From: Nitrososphaerota archaeon
Lineage (GTDB): Archaea > Thermoproteota > EX4484-205 > JAAOZP01
Direction: 5' to 3'
Length of the DNA stretch: 64,000 bases
Assembly: GCA_011605725.1 (NCBI GenBank)
Contig: JAAOZP010000004.1
Location: 160,001 to 224,000 of the forward strand
Position numbers and translations under genes: made by a program. Shown in pieces: positions 51,174 to 61,027 of the stretch (positions are counted from its first letter, which is position 1; each line of letters begins with the position of its first letter). Below the pieces are notes generated by a model. The model saw nothing but the letters and a program-made list of their open reading frames with translations. It ran no database searches and was not told the DNA's origin.

Positions 51174-51361
51174 TTACTCTTCGTCTGGATCGGGCAGGTC
51201 CCAGTCGGGGTCAGTTTTGACTTGACCTAAAGCTTTCTCAAGCATGATGCGTTGTTCAATTGATGCAACCAGCTTGCGTGTGAATACCGCGGCATCAGGA
51301 TTGATTGAGACAGAGTCGATTCCAGCTCTGACAAGGAACTCTGTAAACTCAGGATATATTA
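51174..51361 (-). pseudogene. ppsA: PEP synthase 3'-end fragment E
   Basis: [61 protein letters not shown]. Confidence 0.9.
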
Positions 51362-51478
51362 GGATGCTTATTTTAACATTTGAGGAGTCTTCACCAGGAA
51401 TTCCAAGATGCATGTTTCCTACTTGGGAAAAGGTTAAAATTAAGAATTCCGTGTCTTGATTGAAGAGGCTCGGTTAGG

Positions 51479-51790
51479 ATGAGGAGAAATTTGAAAAGAG
51501 TCGAGGAAATGAAGGACAAGTTAGAGAGGTTGAAGCCCGTGTTAAGGGAAAGGTTTAGGGTGAAGACTATTGGGGTTTTCGGCTCCTATATTAGGGGGGA
51601 GGAGAGGGAGGATAGTGACCTTGATATTCTAGTCGAGTTTGAGGAAGATGCTGAATTAAGCCTCCTAGATTTCATTGGCTTAGAGAATTATTTAAGTGAA
51701 GAATTAGGCGTCAAAGTGGACTTGGTGGAGAAAAACACGCTTAAACCCAGAATTGGAAAGCACATACTGGAGGAAGTAGAATACTTATGA
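51479..51790 (+). CDS. MNT (minimal nucleotidyltransferase) antitoxin
   Basis: VFGSYIRGE..DSDLDILVEF, KVDLV. Confidence 0.92.
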   Translation: MRRNLKRVEEMKDKLERLKPVLRERFRVKTIGVFGSYIRGEEREDSDLDILVEFEEDAELSLLDFIGLENYLSEELGVKVDLVEKNTLKPRIGKHILEEVEYL

Positions 51791-52128
51791 AAAGAGAATT
51801 TCTAGATTATGTTGACGATATAATTGGAGCTATGAATGATGCTATGGGCTTCGTGGAAGGAATGAGTTATGACGAGTTTGCAAGGGATAAGAAGACTATC
51901 TACGCGGTTGTGAGAGCAGTAGAAATCATTGGAGAGGCTGTTAAAAAGATACCGGATTCTATTAAAAAGAAATACCCTGAAATACCTTGGCGGGAAATGG
52001 CTGGGATGAGGGATAAATTAATCCATGAATACTTCGGCGTCAATTTGCAAAGGGTCTGGAGAACAGTCAGAGAAGACATGCCTGCCTTAAAACCTTTATT
52101 TGAGAAAATATTGAAAGATTTAGAGTAA
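51787..52128 (+). CDS. HEPN (DUF86/HepT) RNase toxin
   Basis: EIIGEAVK, IPWREMAGMRDKLIHEYFGV (RxxxxH). Confidence 0.93.
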   Translation: MKREFLDYVDDIIGAMNDAMGFVEGMSYDEFARDKKTIYAVVRAVEIIGEAVKKIPDSIKKKYPEIPWREMAGMRDKLIHEYFGVNLQRVWRTVREDMPALKPLFEKILKDLE

Positions 52129-52134
52129 GAAGTT

Positions 52135-52296
52135 CTATTCGTCAGAGTTGCTCATAAGGGCTTTCTCAAGCATTATGCGTTGCTCAATAGAAGTAACAAG
52201 CTTTCTAGTGAACACCGCAGCATCAGGATTAATAGACACGGAGTCGATGCCTGCTCTAACAAGGAACTCAGTGAACTCAGAGTAAACACTTGGGAG
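52135..52296 (-). pseudogene. ppsA: PEP synthase 3'-end fragment F
   Basis: [52 protein letters not shown]. Confidence 0.9.
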
Positions 52297-53361
52297 CTAC
52301 TTAAACAGCTCAGGGAAGTCTTCCTTGAGGAACTCTATTTTTTCAAGCGGAAACTTATAGAGTCTGGAGTGCTTATCTACTATTATCTTACCACCTTCGA
52401 TTTTTTCTTTCAAAATCTCGCGCTCAACCACCTTTTCGCTTTCTATTACTTTCGTTCTGACCTTTTCAGTGACAAGCTTGTAGTCAGCTAACCTAAGCTT
52501 GTAGCCGTCCAGATTATAGACCTTGTGTCTAGGATCCTTTAACGATTCTATCAATTCATCTCGCACGAAATCCTCGTATTTCTTGTCGAATTCCCGGTCT
52601 CTCTTCAACGGCCACTTGCAGATAACCCGGGACCAAATTCTTTCTCTAAACGGATCATCTCTAAATAGCTTCGTTTCCTCATAACATTTCCTCCTTTCCT
52701 CGCTCGGAAACCATTCAGTCTTCATCCTCTTTAAATGTTCCGTTAATGCTTCAATCCTCTTTAGGACCTCGTTGATTATCTGCTCATCATTCATTCCGAC
52801 TATATCGAACTTAAGACTAACTTCAAGTTCTGAGAAGTCGCATTTCGCCTCCCGTTGACTTACGTTCCATCTTTCTAGCGAGCTTCGTAGGGACTTCAAA
52901 AAGACCTCGATATCCTTTATCACGGCTGGCATTATCCTAGCAGCCTTCATCCTGTCCTCCCTCTCCGAAAGCATCACTGTCATTGAGTCTTCATTTGAAA
53001 AAAGGAGGAGCAACGGCCATAACGCATAGTAATACTTGCAGAGAAAATGAAGGTCAAAACCCTCCATCTCTATTTCTATTTGATCCCTTGAGATTGTTAC
53101 TGTCTCAACTGAGATAGGATATGGATCTATCCAATCATCAGGCCATTTTATAAACCTCTTTCCCTCAAAGTATACGTCGTTTATATCTGCCTGTGTATAT
53201 GTATACATTAGGCCCTGTCCTTTGAAATAATCCCTGTTAGGCCTCCGACAGATCCAAAAATCCCTGCGAGACACCACACCAAATTCGCATCCATACCTTT
53301 CACTCAATTCTTTCGCAAGCCTGTTTGCCAAGAGCTCCCTTCTTTCAGCATCCATGTCCAC
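52297..53361 (-). CDS. Hypothetical protein (candidate immunity or cargo gene)
   Basis: 354-aa ORF; start abuts the upstream stop, and its own stop abuts ppsA fragment F. Confidence 0.7.
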   Translation of the reverse strand: MDMDAERRELLANRLAKELSERYGCEFGVVSRRDFWICRRPNRDYFKGQGLMYTYTQADINDVYFEGKRFIKWPDDWIDPYPISVETVTISRDQIEIEMEGFDLHFLCKYYYALWPLLLLFSNEDSMTVMLSEREDRMKAARIMPAVIKDIEVFLKSLRSSLERWNVSQREAKCDFSELEVSLKFDIVGMNDEQIINEVLKRIEALTEHLKRMKTEWFPSEERRKCYEETKLFRDDPFRERIWSRVICKWPLKRDREFDKKYEDFVRDELIESLKDPRHKVYNLDGYKLRLADYKLVTEKVRTKVIESEKVVEREILKEKIEGGKIIVDKHSRLYKFPLEKIEFLKEDFPELFK

Positions 53362-54736
53362 TTAACCCCCGCTAAGTTCAATTGTCTCCCAGACTATTTT
53401 AACTTGATTATCTGTAATGCCGATTGCAAATGCATAACCGTATTTCGGGAGTTCTAAATTTATTCCAGTATACTCATTAAGCTTACTCCTAAGATCGCTG
53501 TTAAGGTAATTATATCTATCTTTGAGGTCTCTCTTAGCTTCGCTTAGACGTACGCTTAAGTCCTCTCCAGCAAAGGCTGACTTCCACTCGCTTATCCATG
53601 GAATTATGATCTTCTTGTTTCTTTCATTCTTAATCATGGTAAAGGCATCGGCATAGTATTCGCTCAGAATGCGACCACTTCTTTCATCTATCTTGACTAT
53701 ATTCTGGCCACTTCTGTCTATTATGATTTCGCCCTCTATTCCAAAATAACTCTTGTATTTCTTTAAAAGAACCTCATTACTGAGTTCACACCCTGCTATA
53801 CCTTTAGCATGGTCTCCGAAGCCGTGGGCAGCATCATTATACCATGTCAAGTATTCTCTAATGTTCTTCACTACCCTCATCGTCATGCTGCCTTTAGTCG
53901 CATCGCCTTCGAATTGTGGCTCTGAGAAGTAATCTTTGCTGAGAAATTCCTTCATGATGTTCTCGAGAAGCTCGCCGGGAAGCACCTTGTAATAAGTGAG
54001 TTCTCCTGAAGCCCACTTGACACGGGCAGTCTGATCGTAATCTGTCAACTCGAAAGTTATTTGGAGAACCTTGCCGTCTCCCGTGTCCGAGGCCTGGAAT
54101 TTCGTAACGTTTTCTTTTAAGGATGTTGTTTTAGAAATAGTTGATTCTGTGGGAAAAGGAGGCAACTTTCTTTGAAATGGAGAACAATATGTTGCTAGAA
54201 ACCCGATTCTTTTTTGAGGGAAATAGATTTTTGAGACTATTAGGAACCATTTACCTCGCTCTGTAAGTTGATATGTCTTCTCAACTCCTCGTTTTTTTCT
54301 CAGGTGGTTCAACTTTTAACAAGTTATGTTTAGCGAGTTCATCAACATAGGCAATGATTCGTGTTCTGGACAAACTTACTCCCCTTTTCTCAACCATTTC
54401 ACAGAGTTCAGTCTGGGATAGAGATTCCTCTTTATCCAGAATATCTATAATGATCCTGTTTATAGGCTCACCGTCCAGTGTAAGCTCTTTCATTTTCTCC
54501 TCAATAATTTTGGGGCACCCTAGGTTATCTAACTTTATTGATTTTAGAGTTGCCGGTAAGTAATCCATAGGTTGAGTTAGCCAGGCAATGAACGAATAGC
54601 CTACGATAAAAGTTACGATGAGGAGTAGCAGACGAGAAAAGGGGTCTGTTTGGAATATAAGAGGAATTATACAAATCGCTATAGCTAGCAGGCGTGAGAA
54701 AAGATCAACTAGGATGCTTTTCGCTTGTCGTAACAT
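53362..54736 (-). pseudogene. Split gene: 2 TM, winged HTH and putative PD-(D/E)xK nuclease C-terminus
   Basis: Frameshift in a 7-base run at 54292-54298 joins LLKVEPPEKK to RGVEKTYQLTERG; KGIAGCE..ADAF..EWK. Confidence 0.55.
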
Positions 54737-54853
54737 TAGCTATTTTATTCTTTATGCACAAATATAAGTAGGTTTAAAGTGGATTAAAAGTAGGTTTAAA
54801 CGGAAAGAGTAAAATAATTTGGGTGAAATAGTGGCTTCCGAGGTGATGGATGA

Positions 54854-55632
54854 ATGCCGTCTCTAAGAACAATGATCATTATCTTAGTATCACTACTAAT
54901 AGTAATCATAGCAACACTTATTGTGAACAACCCTTGGAAACCTCCTGTAGAAAAGCCTGCTGAATTGCATATTGACCTTGATTTTCCACCTCTACTTCCC
55001 GGAAGCCCTGTAAGGTACATGTCAATATAAACAATACTGGTGGAGATGCGAGGAACATTGTTTTGATGTTTAATTCCACAGCATTATCGCAAGTAAGCGA
55101 TAAATTCGATCTACGTGGCGGGCAGTCTACCAGCATTGAGGTTACAATTAATGCTAATGAAATAAAGAATGATTATTATGATGTTAACATCAGTTGGAAG
55201 TATGAGGATTCAAATGGTTCTCATACTGAAGGGCCAATTATCAAGAGAGTTTACATACTGCCGTTAGTCCAGCTCGTTGATATTAGATGGGAACCGACAG
55301 GTTTGTTTGGTCTTATTCCAAAAAATGAGATTAAGAGGACTGATGAGACAAAACTCTATTTCAGAGTTGAAAGTAAGAGCGAGGCTACCGTATATTCTAA
55401 CCTGTATTGCAAAGCTAACTTTACAATAAGCGAAGCCATGTTGAATATAGCTATAGAACCTTCTCTAATTAATATTGAAACAATAGGTCCTCGAGGAAAA
55501 AGCAGAGAATACAATTTCACAATTAAAACAAGAAATACTCCTCCAGGAACCTATGAAATAACTGTTTTCTTGTATTCTTCAGAATACGTGGTTACGAAAC
55601 AGACCTTGGAGCTGAAGGTTGCTCCAGATTAA
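54854..55632 (+). pseudogene. Membrane-anchored Ig-like/S-layer-domain protein, frameshifted near 55010
   Basis: MPSLRTMIIILVSLLIVII TM; second frame VNINNTGGDARNI continues into ORF 55063-55632. Confidence 0.55.
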
Positions 55633-55960
55633 AGACGCATCCTTGGGAAAAATGGAAAGGAGGTGATAAATAACGGAAATTCGGTTTAGCTTCTGGGCAT
55701 ATGGTATACTCGCTATCGCTGCACTCTGCATAATTCTCTATTTCTTTTCTACTATAGGGGGTCACCCGGAAATCGGTTTTAATCTCCGAAACATCGCGGT
55801 TTTAATAATCGGTGCGTCTATCCTCTACATGTTTATAAAACCATTATTACAGAAATTGTAGAAGTAAAATCCATTTGAGAGCACGTTCGCTAACTCCAAT
55901 GATGGCCAATGAAGAATTCAAGTAGTATATGCTCCTTCACCGGCCTTATTAACGCCCCTT

Positions 55961-56458
55961 TCAGCAAAGCAAGGATTCCTTAAGCATTTGAGATAGGTTT
56001 GAATTGGGTTCAATATTCTGGCTTTGATAAAGTATTGTTTCTAATATTTTACGGGTTTCCTCTAAGACTCCAAGAGTTATTTGCTCATCGTGAATCTTAT
56101 TTATTCCCAGTGAGGTGATTCTGCTATAGGTTTTTCCTCTCAAGAAAGGAGTATGGGAATGTGCATCTCTGATAGTAAATATCTTTTTGCATTTTTGTTT
56201 AGTCTCTGAATCAATTAAACCATGTTCTTCAGCTATTTTCAGAAGCTCCTTTCTTTCAGTGAGAAAAGGTGGGAAACCAGTTTTTGTTTTATCAAATTGT
56301 TCAACATGTTCCTTCTTAAGCGGATGAGATACTGCAATAATGTATAAAGCAGTCTCTAACGCACAAGCACAGTAAATAACGCAGGCTCCGTATAGCCTTG
56401 CAGCAAAGGATACTTTAGCACATTGAAGAAAGAATCGAGTTAGATTCTCTACCACCAT
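55961..56458 (-). CDS. HEPN-like (DUF4145/Abi-type) protein
   Basis: CALETAL, HGLID, IRDAHSH (RxxxxH). Confidence 0.55.
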   Translation of the reverse strand: MVVENLTRFFLQCAKVSFAARLYGACVIYCACALETALYIIAVSHPLKKEHVEQFDKTKTGFPPFLTERKELLKIAEEHGLIDSETKQKCKKIFTIRDAHSHTPFLRGKTYSRITSLGINKIHDEQITLGVLEETRKILETILYQSQNIEPNSNLSQMLKESLLC

Positions 56459-56689
56459 TTTTAAGCCATTAAACCACTTTTCTTTCTAGTTATAAAGATA
56501 TAACGGAAACTCTTCCCGTACGATAGCAAACACCCCGAGACACGTTCAACCATTTTTATATAAGATGACTATATTAACACTATTGATTAAACACTCTCTT
56601 CTTCCTCTTCGATCACTCAGGCCATAAGCTGTTTTAATGGCCATTTCTTCGGCTAGCGAAGCACATAGCTTAGCATGCTACCTGAAGGG

Positions 56690-56891
56690 CTATAGCCACT
56701 TGCTAAGTGGAGAAATTCCTTCATCCTCCTTCCTTCCTTTATTAGGAACCTTTATTCTTATCGCTTCTTCCCCACCTATTGCTTCTGGGGCTGCCTCCTC
56801 CGTTCTTGAAAGCCTCCTCTCCATCATTGCCTTTGCTAAAACCTTTGCCTCATTAGCTAATTTCTTTGGGAGACCCAGAATTCTTGCAACC
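56690..56891 (-). pseudogene. Possible MutS-family C-terminal fragment
   Basis: VARILGLPKKLANEAKVL resembles the MutS domain V end; starts at motif 56892. Confidence 0.4.
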
Positions 56892-56974
56892 TAGCGCGCG
56901 CGAGCCTTCCGAACCTCCTATGCACTTTCCAGCTCGGCGTTTGCGATCACCTACTTCTTACTATGCAGCACCCA

Positions 56975-57987
56975 TTATATATCTTCTTCCTCTTCTTCGA
57001 CTCTGCCTTCAGTCATTAGTTCCCTTAGTTGCTCAATCTCGTTGACCAGTGATTTGTAAAGCTTGTCGAGAAGATCATTTTCATCGCCTTCGTAACCTAA
57101 GAACCTTAACCAAGCTTTATCAATCGCCTGTCTAACAGGGTGTTTGCCCCTAAGTTGTTCAAGGATGCTGGGGACCTTTGTTTTCTTAAAGGTTTCAAAC
57201 ACCTTTAAAAGTTGCTGAGCCTCGCTATCCGTCATCTTTGAGAAATCTGGTGTGAATATTTGATCCAGCATGTAGTCATGAATCTTCATCTATGCCCCTC
57301 TGGTTTCAGTCCTTTGAATAAGGATTTGAAGCAGGCTTAACGAGCTGTTTAGCCATAATGTTAAGAGTTTAGCATTCCTACCAGTAATCTTACGTACGCA
57401 CCACATATCTACACCTACAACAGGCTTATCTGAATAGAAAGCGAGTAAAGACGTTCCTGGAGCGGACAGATCGAATCGCCTAGCTAGTAAAACGTGACAC
57501 ATTCTACCGTTAAATCTCTCCCTCCAGCTTTCTACCACCGGCCTCTTGAACCTATTAAGTTCTTTGCTAGATAAAGTGGCTTTAGCCATTTCTCTAACAT
57601 CGTCAAACCAGGAGAGGATAAGGTAATCAGATATGTTACCTAACATCTAATACATTAACATAGGAGATCCTTCTAAGCCCACGACTCAGAACGTTTAGAG
57701 GAATCTTGATTTTCCAATCGAGAGTCCCATGTCTAGCTACTAGATTCTCTTTCTCAACTTTTTCAACGATCCAAACATCAATTTTCTTTTGAGCCCTCAA
57801 CTCATCGTACATTATAAACCCATGAAAGTCATCAAACTTATAGTGCCTAAGATCCGATTCCTGTGCCTCTATGACCGATGATAACCGTACTAATTTATTA
57901 GACTTTAGTAATTCATCCATTAAATCATTAGGCTTGGATCACTTACAGCTATATGTTTGAACCAGTTTTCTACGTCCCTAAAGAGCT
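56975..57987 (-). pseudogene. C-terminal part of a type IIG-like restriction-modification protein
   Basis: Three collinear pieces; RRFDLSAPGT, LWLNSSL..QRTETRGA*MKI, IDKAWL; internal stop and frameshift; cut at motif 57988. Confidence 0.6.
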
Positions 57988-58095
57988 TAGCGTGCACTAG
58001 GAAGAGCCTAAGGAGCCCCAGTAGCAGGTTTTATCATGTTATAGAAACAGGTTTGTTGAAAGCTTAAATCCAGGTACAGGAGTGTCTACTCGGTC

Positions 58096-60246
58096 ATGAG
58101 CGAGGTTCAACTGGTTGTTGCCGAGGCTAGGCCTAGGGACGTGGGTAGGAGAATAGTGAGAATAGGCAGGAGGGAGATGGCTCAGCTTAAGGCTGAGACG
58201 GGAGATGTTGTTGAAATCCTAGGTAGGAAGTCTGCTTCAGCAGTAGTCTGGCCGGGCTACGCTGAGGATGAGGACCGTAAGATAGTTAGGATGGACGGCC
58301 TGATTAGAAAAAGTGCGGGTGTTGCAATAGGGGACTACGTGAAAATCAGGAAGGTGGATAAGGTTGAGAACGCTAGCGAAGTCGTGTTAGCCCCAATGGG
58401 TGCACGAATATCAAGTGTGGACGAGGATTTCCTGGACTACGTTAAGGATAAGCTGATAGACACTCCACTCACAGAGGGAGATATTGTTGCGATACCTGTT
58501 TTCGGAGGACAGGCTCTCGGTCTTACAACAGTCAGGGTTAAGCCGAGAGGATTCGTAAAAGTCACGGCCGATACAAGGATTCAGATAGTAAGCGAGGAGG
58601 CTGCTGAAAAACTTGCAATCCCAAGGGTTACTTACGAGGATATTGGCGGGCTGCACGAGGAGATTCAGCGAATAAGGGAGATGGTTGAGCTTCCGCTTAG
58701 ACATCCTGAGCTTTTCCAGAGGCTGGGAATTGAGCCGCCTAAAGGTGTGCTTCTTCACGGTCCTCCCGGCACGGGTAAAACGCTCTTGGCTAAGGCGGTT
58801 GCAAACGAGTCTGACGCTAACTTCCTTTCCATAAACGGCCCAGAGATAATGAGCAAGTTCTACGGAGAGTCTGAGGAGAGGCTTAGGAGGGTTTTCCAGG
58901 AGGCTCAGGAGAAGGCTCCCAGCATAATCTTCATAGACGAGATAGACGCTATAGCGCCGAAGAGGGAGGAGGTTGGCGGCGAGGTTGAGAGAAGAGTCGT
59001 TGCTCAACTTCTTGCCCTCATGGATGGTTTAAAGGCTAGGGGTGACGTTATAGTCATAGGTGCGACGAATGTTCCCAACATGATTGACCCTGCTCTACGC
59101 AGGCCCGGGAGATTCGACAGGGAGATAGAGATAGGCGTGCCAGATAAGCAGGGGAGGCTTGAAATACTTCAGATACATACTAGGTCGATGCCGCTTGACA
59201 AGGATGTTGACTTGAAGAAGCTGGCTGAAATAACGCACGGCTATACTGGTGCAGACCTGGCTGCACTATGCAGGGAGGCTGCGATGAAGGCTTTGAGAAG
59301 ATACTTGCCTGAGATAAAGCTGGATGAGAAGATTCCGCCATCAGTCCTGGAGAAAATGGTTGTTAAGGCTGAGGACTTCATGAACGCGTTTAAAGAGATA
59401 ACTCCGACCGCGATGAGAGAAGTGTACGTTGAGGTTCCCACAGTCAGGTGGAGCGATGTCGGGGGTCTTGAAGAGATTAAGAGGAGGCTGAGGGAGACTG
59501 TCGAGCTCCCGATAAAAGCTCCGGAGAAGTTTGAAAAACTAGGCATAACTCCTCCTAAAGCGATACTTCTCTACGGTCCACCGGGATGCGGGAAGACGCT
59601 TCTAGCTAGAGCAGTGGCGACTGAGAGCGAGGCCAACTTCATAAGCATTAAGGGCCCAGAGGTCTTCTCGAAATGGGTTGGAGAGTCTGAGAAAGCAATA
59701 AGGGAAGTTTTCAGAAAGGCTAGGCTCGCCTCCCCATCCATAATCTTCCTGGACGAGGTTGACGCGATCGCTCCGAGAAGGGGCATGAGCATGGCTGACA
59801 GCGGCGTCACGGAGAGGGTTGTAAGCCAGCTGCTCACCGAGATGGATGGGCTAACTCCTATTGAGAGGATCGTCATAATAGGGGCTACTAACAGGCCTGA
59901 GCTTCTCGACCCAGCGATAATGAGGCCGGGAAGGTTTGAGGTAGTGCTTTACGTTCCCCCGCCGGATGAGGCTTCAAGGCTCCAGATACTCAAGATTCAC
60001 ACGAGGAGAATGCCATTGGAGGGTGTTAGCCTGGAGGAGATTGCTAAGAGGACTGAGGGCTACTCCGGGGCTGACCTGGAGGCGCTTTGCAGGGAGGCTG
60101 GCCTCAACGCTTTAAGAAGAGATGCTGACAAGGTGACTTGGGAGGATTTTGAAAAGGCTCTTCAAACCGTTAAACCCAGTTTGAAAGAGGAAATGCTGGC
60201 TAAATATAAAAAGTTCGGCGAGAAGGAGGAGTTTTTTCTCGTCTAA
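58096..60246 (+). CDS. cdc48: CDC48/VAT family AAA+ ATPase
   Basis: N-domain plus two AAA domains ([22 protein letters not shown]). Confidence 0.97.
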   Translation: MSEVQLVVAEARPRDVGRRIVRIGRREMAQLKAETGDVVEILGRKSASAVVWPGYAEDEDRKIVRMDGLIRKSAGVAIGDYVKIRKVDKVENASEVVLAPMGARISSVDEDFLDYVKDKLIDTPLTEGDIVAIPVFGGQALGLTTVRVKPRGFVKVTADTRIQIVSEEAAEKLAIPRVTYEDIGGLHEEIQRIREMVELPLRHPELFQRLGIEPPKGVLLHGPPGTGKTLLAKAVANESDANFLSINGPEIMSKFYGESEERLRRVFQEAQEKAPSIIFIDEIDAIAPKREEVGGEVERRVVAQLLALMDGLKARGDVIVIGATNVPNMIDPALRRPGRFDREIEIGVPDKQGRLEILQIHTRSMPLDKDVDLKKLAEITHGYTGADLAALCREAAMKALRRYLPEIKLDEKIPPSVLEKMVVKAEDFMNAFKEITPTAMREVYVEVPTVRWSDVGGLEEIKRRLRETVELPIKAPEKFEKLGITPPKAILLYGPPGCGKTLLARAVATESEANFISIKGPEVFSKWVGESEKAIREVFRKARLASPSIIFLDEVDAIAPRRGMSMADSGVTERVVSQLLTEMDGLTPIERIVIIGATNRPELLDPAIMRPGRFEVVLYVPPPDEASRLQILKIHTRRMPLEGVSLEEIAKRTEGYSGADLEALCREAGLNALRRDADKVTWEDFEKALQTVKPSLKEEMLAKYKKFGEKEEFFLV

Positions 60247-60605
60247 GCTGAAAGAATAGCTTCATCTCCCCTTAGTTTTTCCGTCGCAAGTGTTTTTCAC
60301 GTCTGAGAAGGATGTTTTTCATTATTCCGGCTTCTTTTTGATGTTTTTAACTATCTCATCTAAATCGAGAGCATGTGAGCTCAAAATCCAGATTATATGG
60401 GTGTGTCTGCTTCCTACGTGTTTTCTTCCACTGATAAGACGGTGGAATGCACAGATGTATGTACTACCGGCTTTTAAACTTCTTTTTCAACTTCGATTTT
60501 ATAACTTTAGGAGGCTTTGGACATTTTCCTCGAAGAAATGCGTAGCTCTTTAATAGAAAATTTTAAATATTGCTTTAATCAAGACTTCTATCGGAGGTGG
60601 AAAAC

Positions 60606-60710
60606 ATGTCAGCACCTCAAGAGTTCAAGTGTCCCAACTGCGGAGCTACTTTCAAGACTAAAGATGAACTGGATAAGCACCTAAAGGGTTGCAAGCCCAA
60701 GAAGAAGTAA
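60606..60710 (+). CDS. 34-aa C2HC zinc-finger microprotein
   Basis: MSAPQEFKCPNCGATFKTKDELDKHLKGCKPKKK*; GGAGGTG RBS and TTTAAATA upstream. Confidence 0.8.
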   Translation: MSAPQEFKCPNCGATFKTKDELDKHLKGCKPKKK

Positions 60711-60734
60711 TTCTATCCTAAGGTTAATTATTAT

Positions 60735-60762
60735 TTTTTCTTTTCTTTTCTTTTCTTTTCTT
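60735..60762 (+). terminator. Oligo-T (TTTTC)n archaeal terminator
   Basis: TTTTTC(TTTTC)4 just after the microprotein stop. Confidence 0.55.
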
Positions 60763-61027
60763 GTATGAAGGTTTTAAGAGGAGTTATGTCTTTCTTCTGC
60801 GCGCTACCAGTTTAGATTGAAAGTTCAGCTAACGTTACAATGATGATGCATGCTATACCGGATGCCAGTACTGTTCAGCGCGTGCTATAATGTGCATCGG
60901 AGCCTTGTAAGCCGGATTTAAGCAGCCATCGCATTTCTAGGCTTAATCTAAGTGTTTTCAGCCGGTGGTTAACATGCGGGCGCGCTAGGTTCTTGAAGAG
61001 TACTTAACACTGTTCGAGAAAAGCTTA

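Noticed and set aside
51174-51413. 79-aa ORF as a real small gene
   Set aside because: Only the ppsA-derived part is meaningful; the N-terminus is read-through of the MNT-HEPN promoter region
41812-52491. Plus-strand ORFs 41812-42003, 44861-45133, 51244-51459 and 52180-52491 with similar peptides
   Set aside because: Antisense shadows of the ppsA fragments
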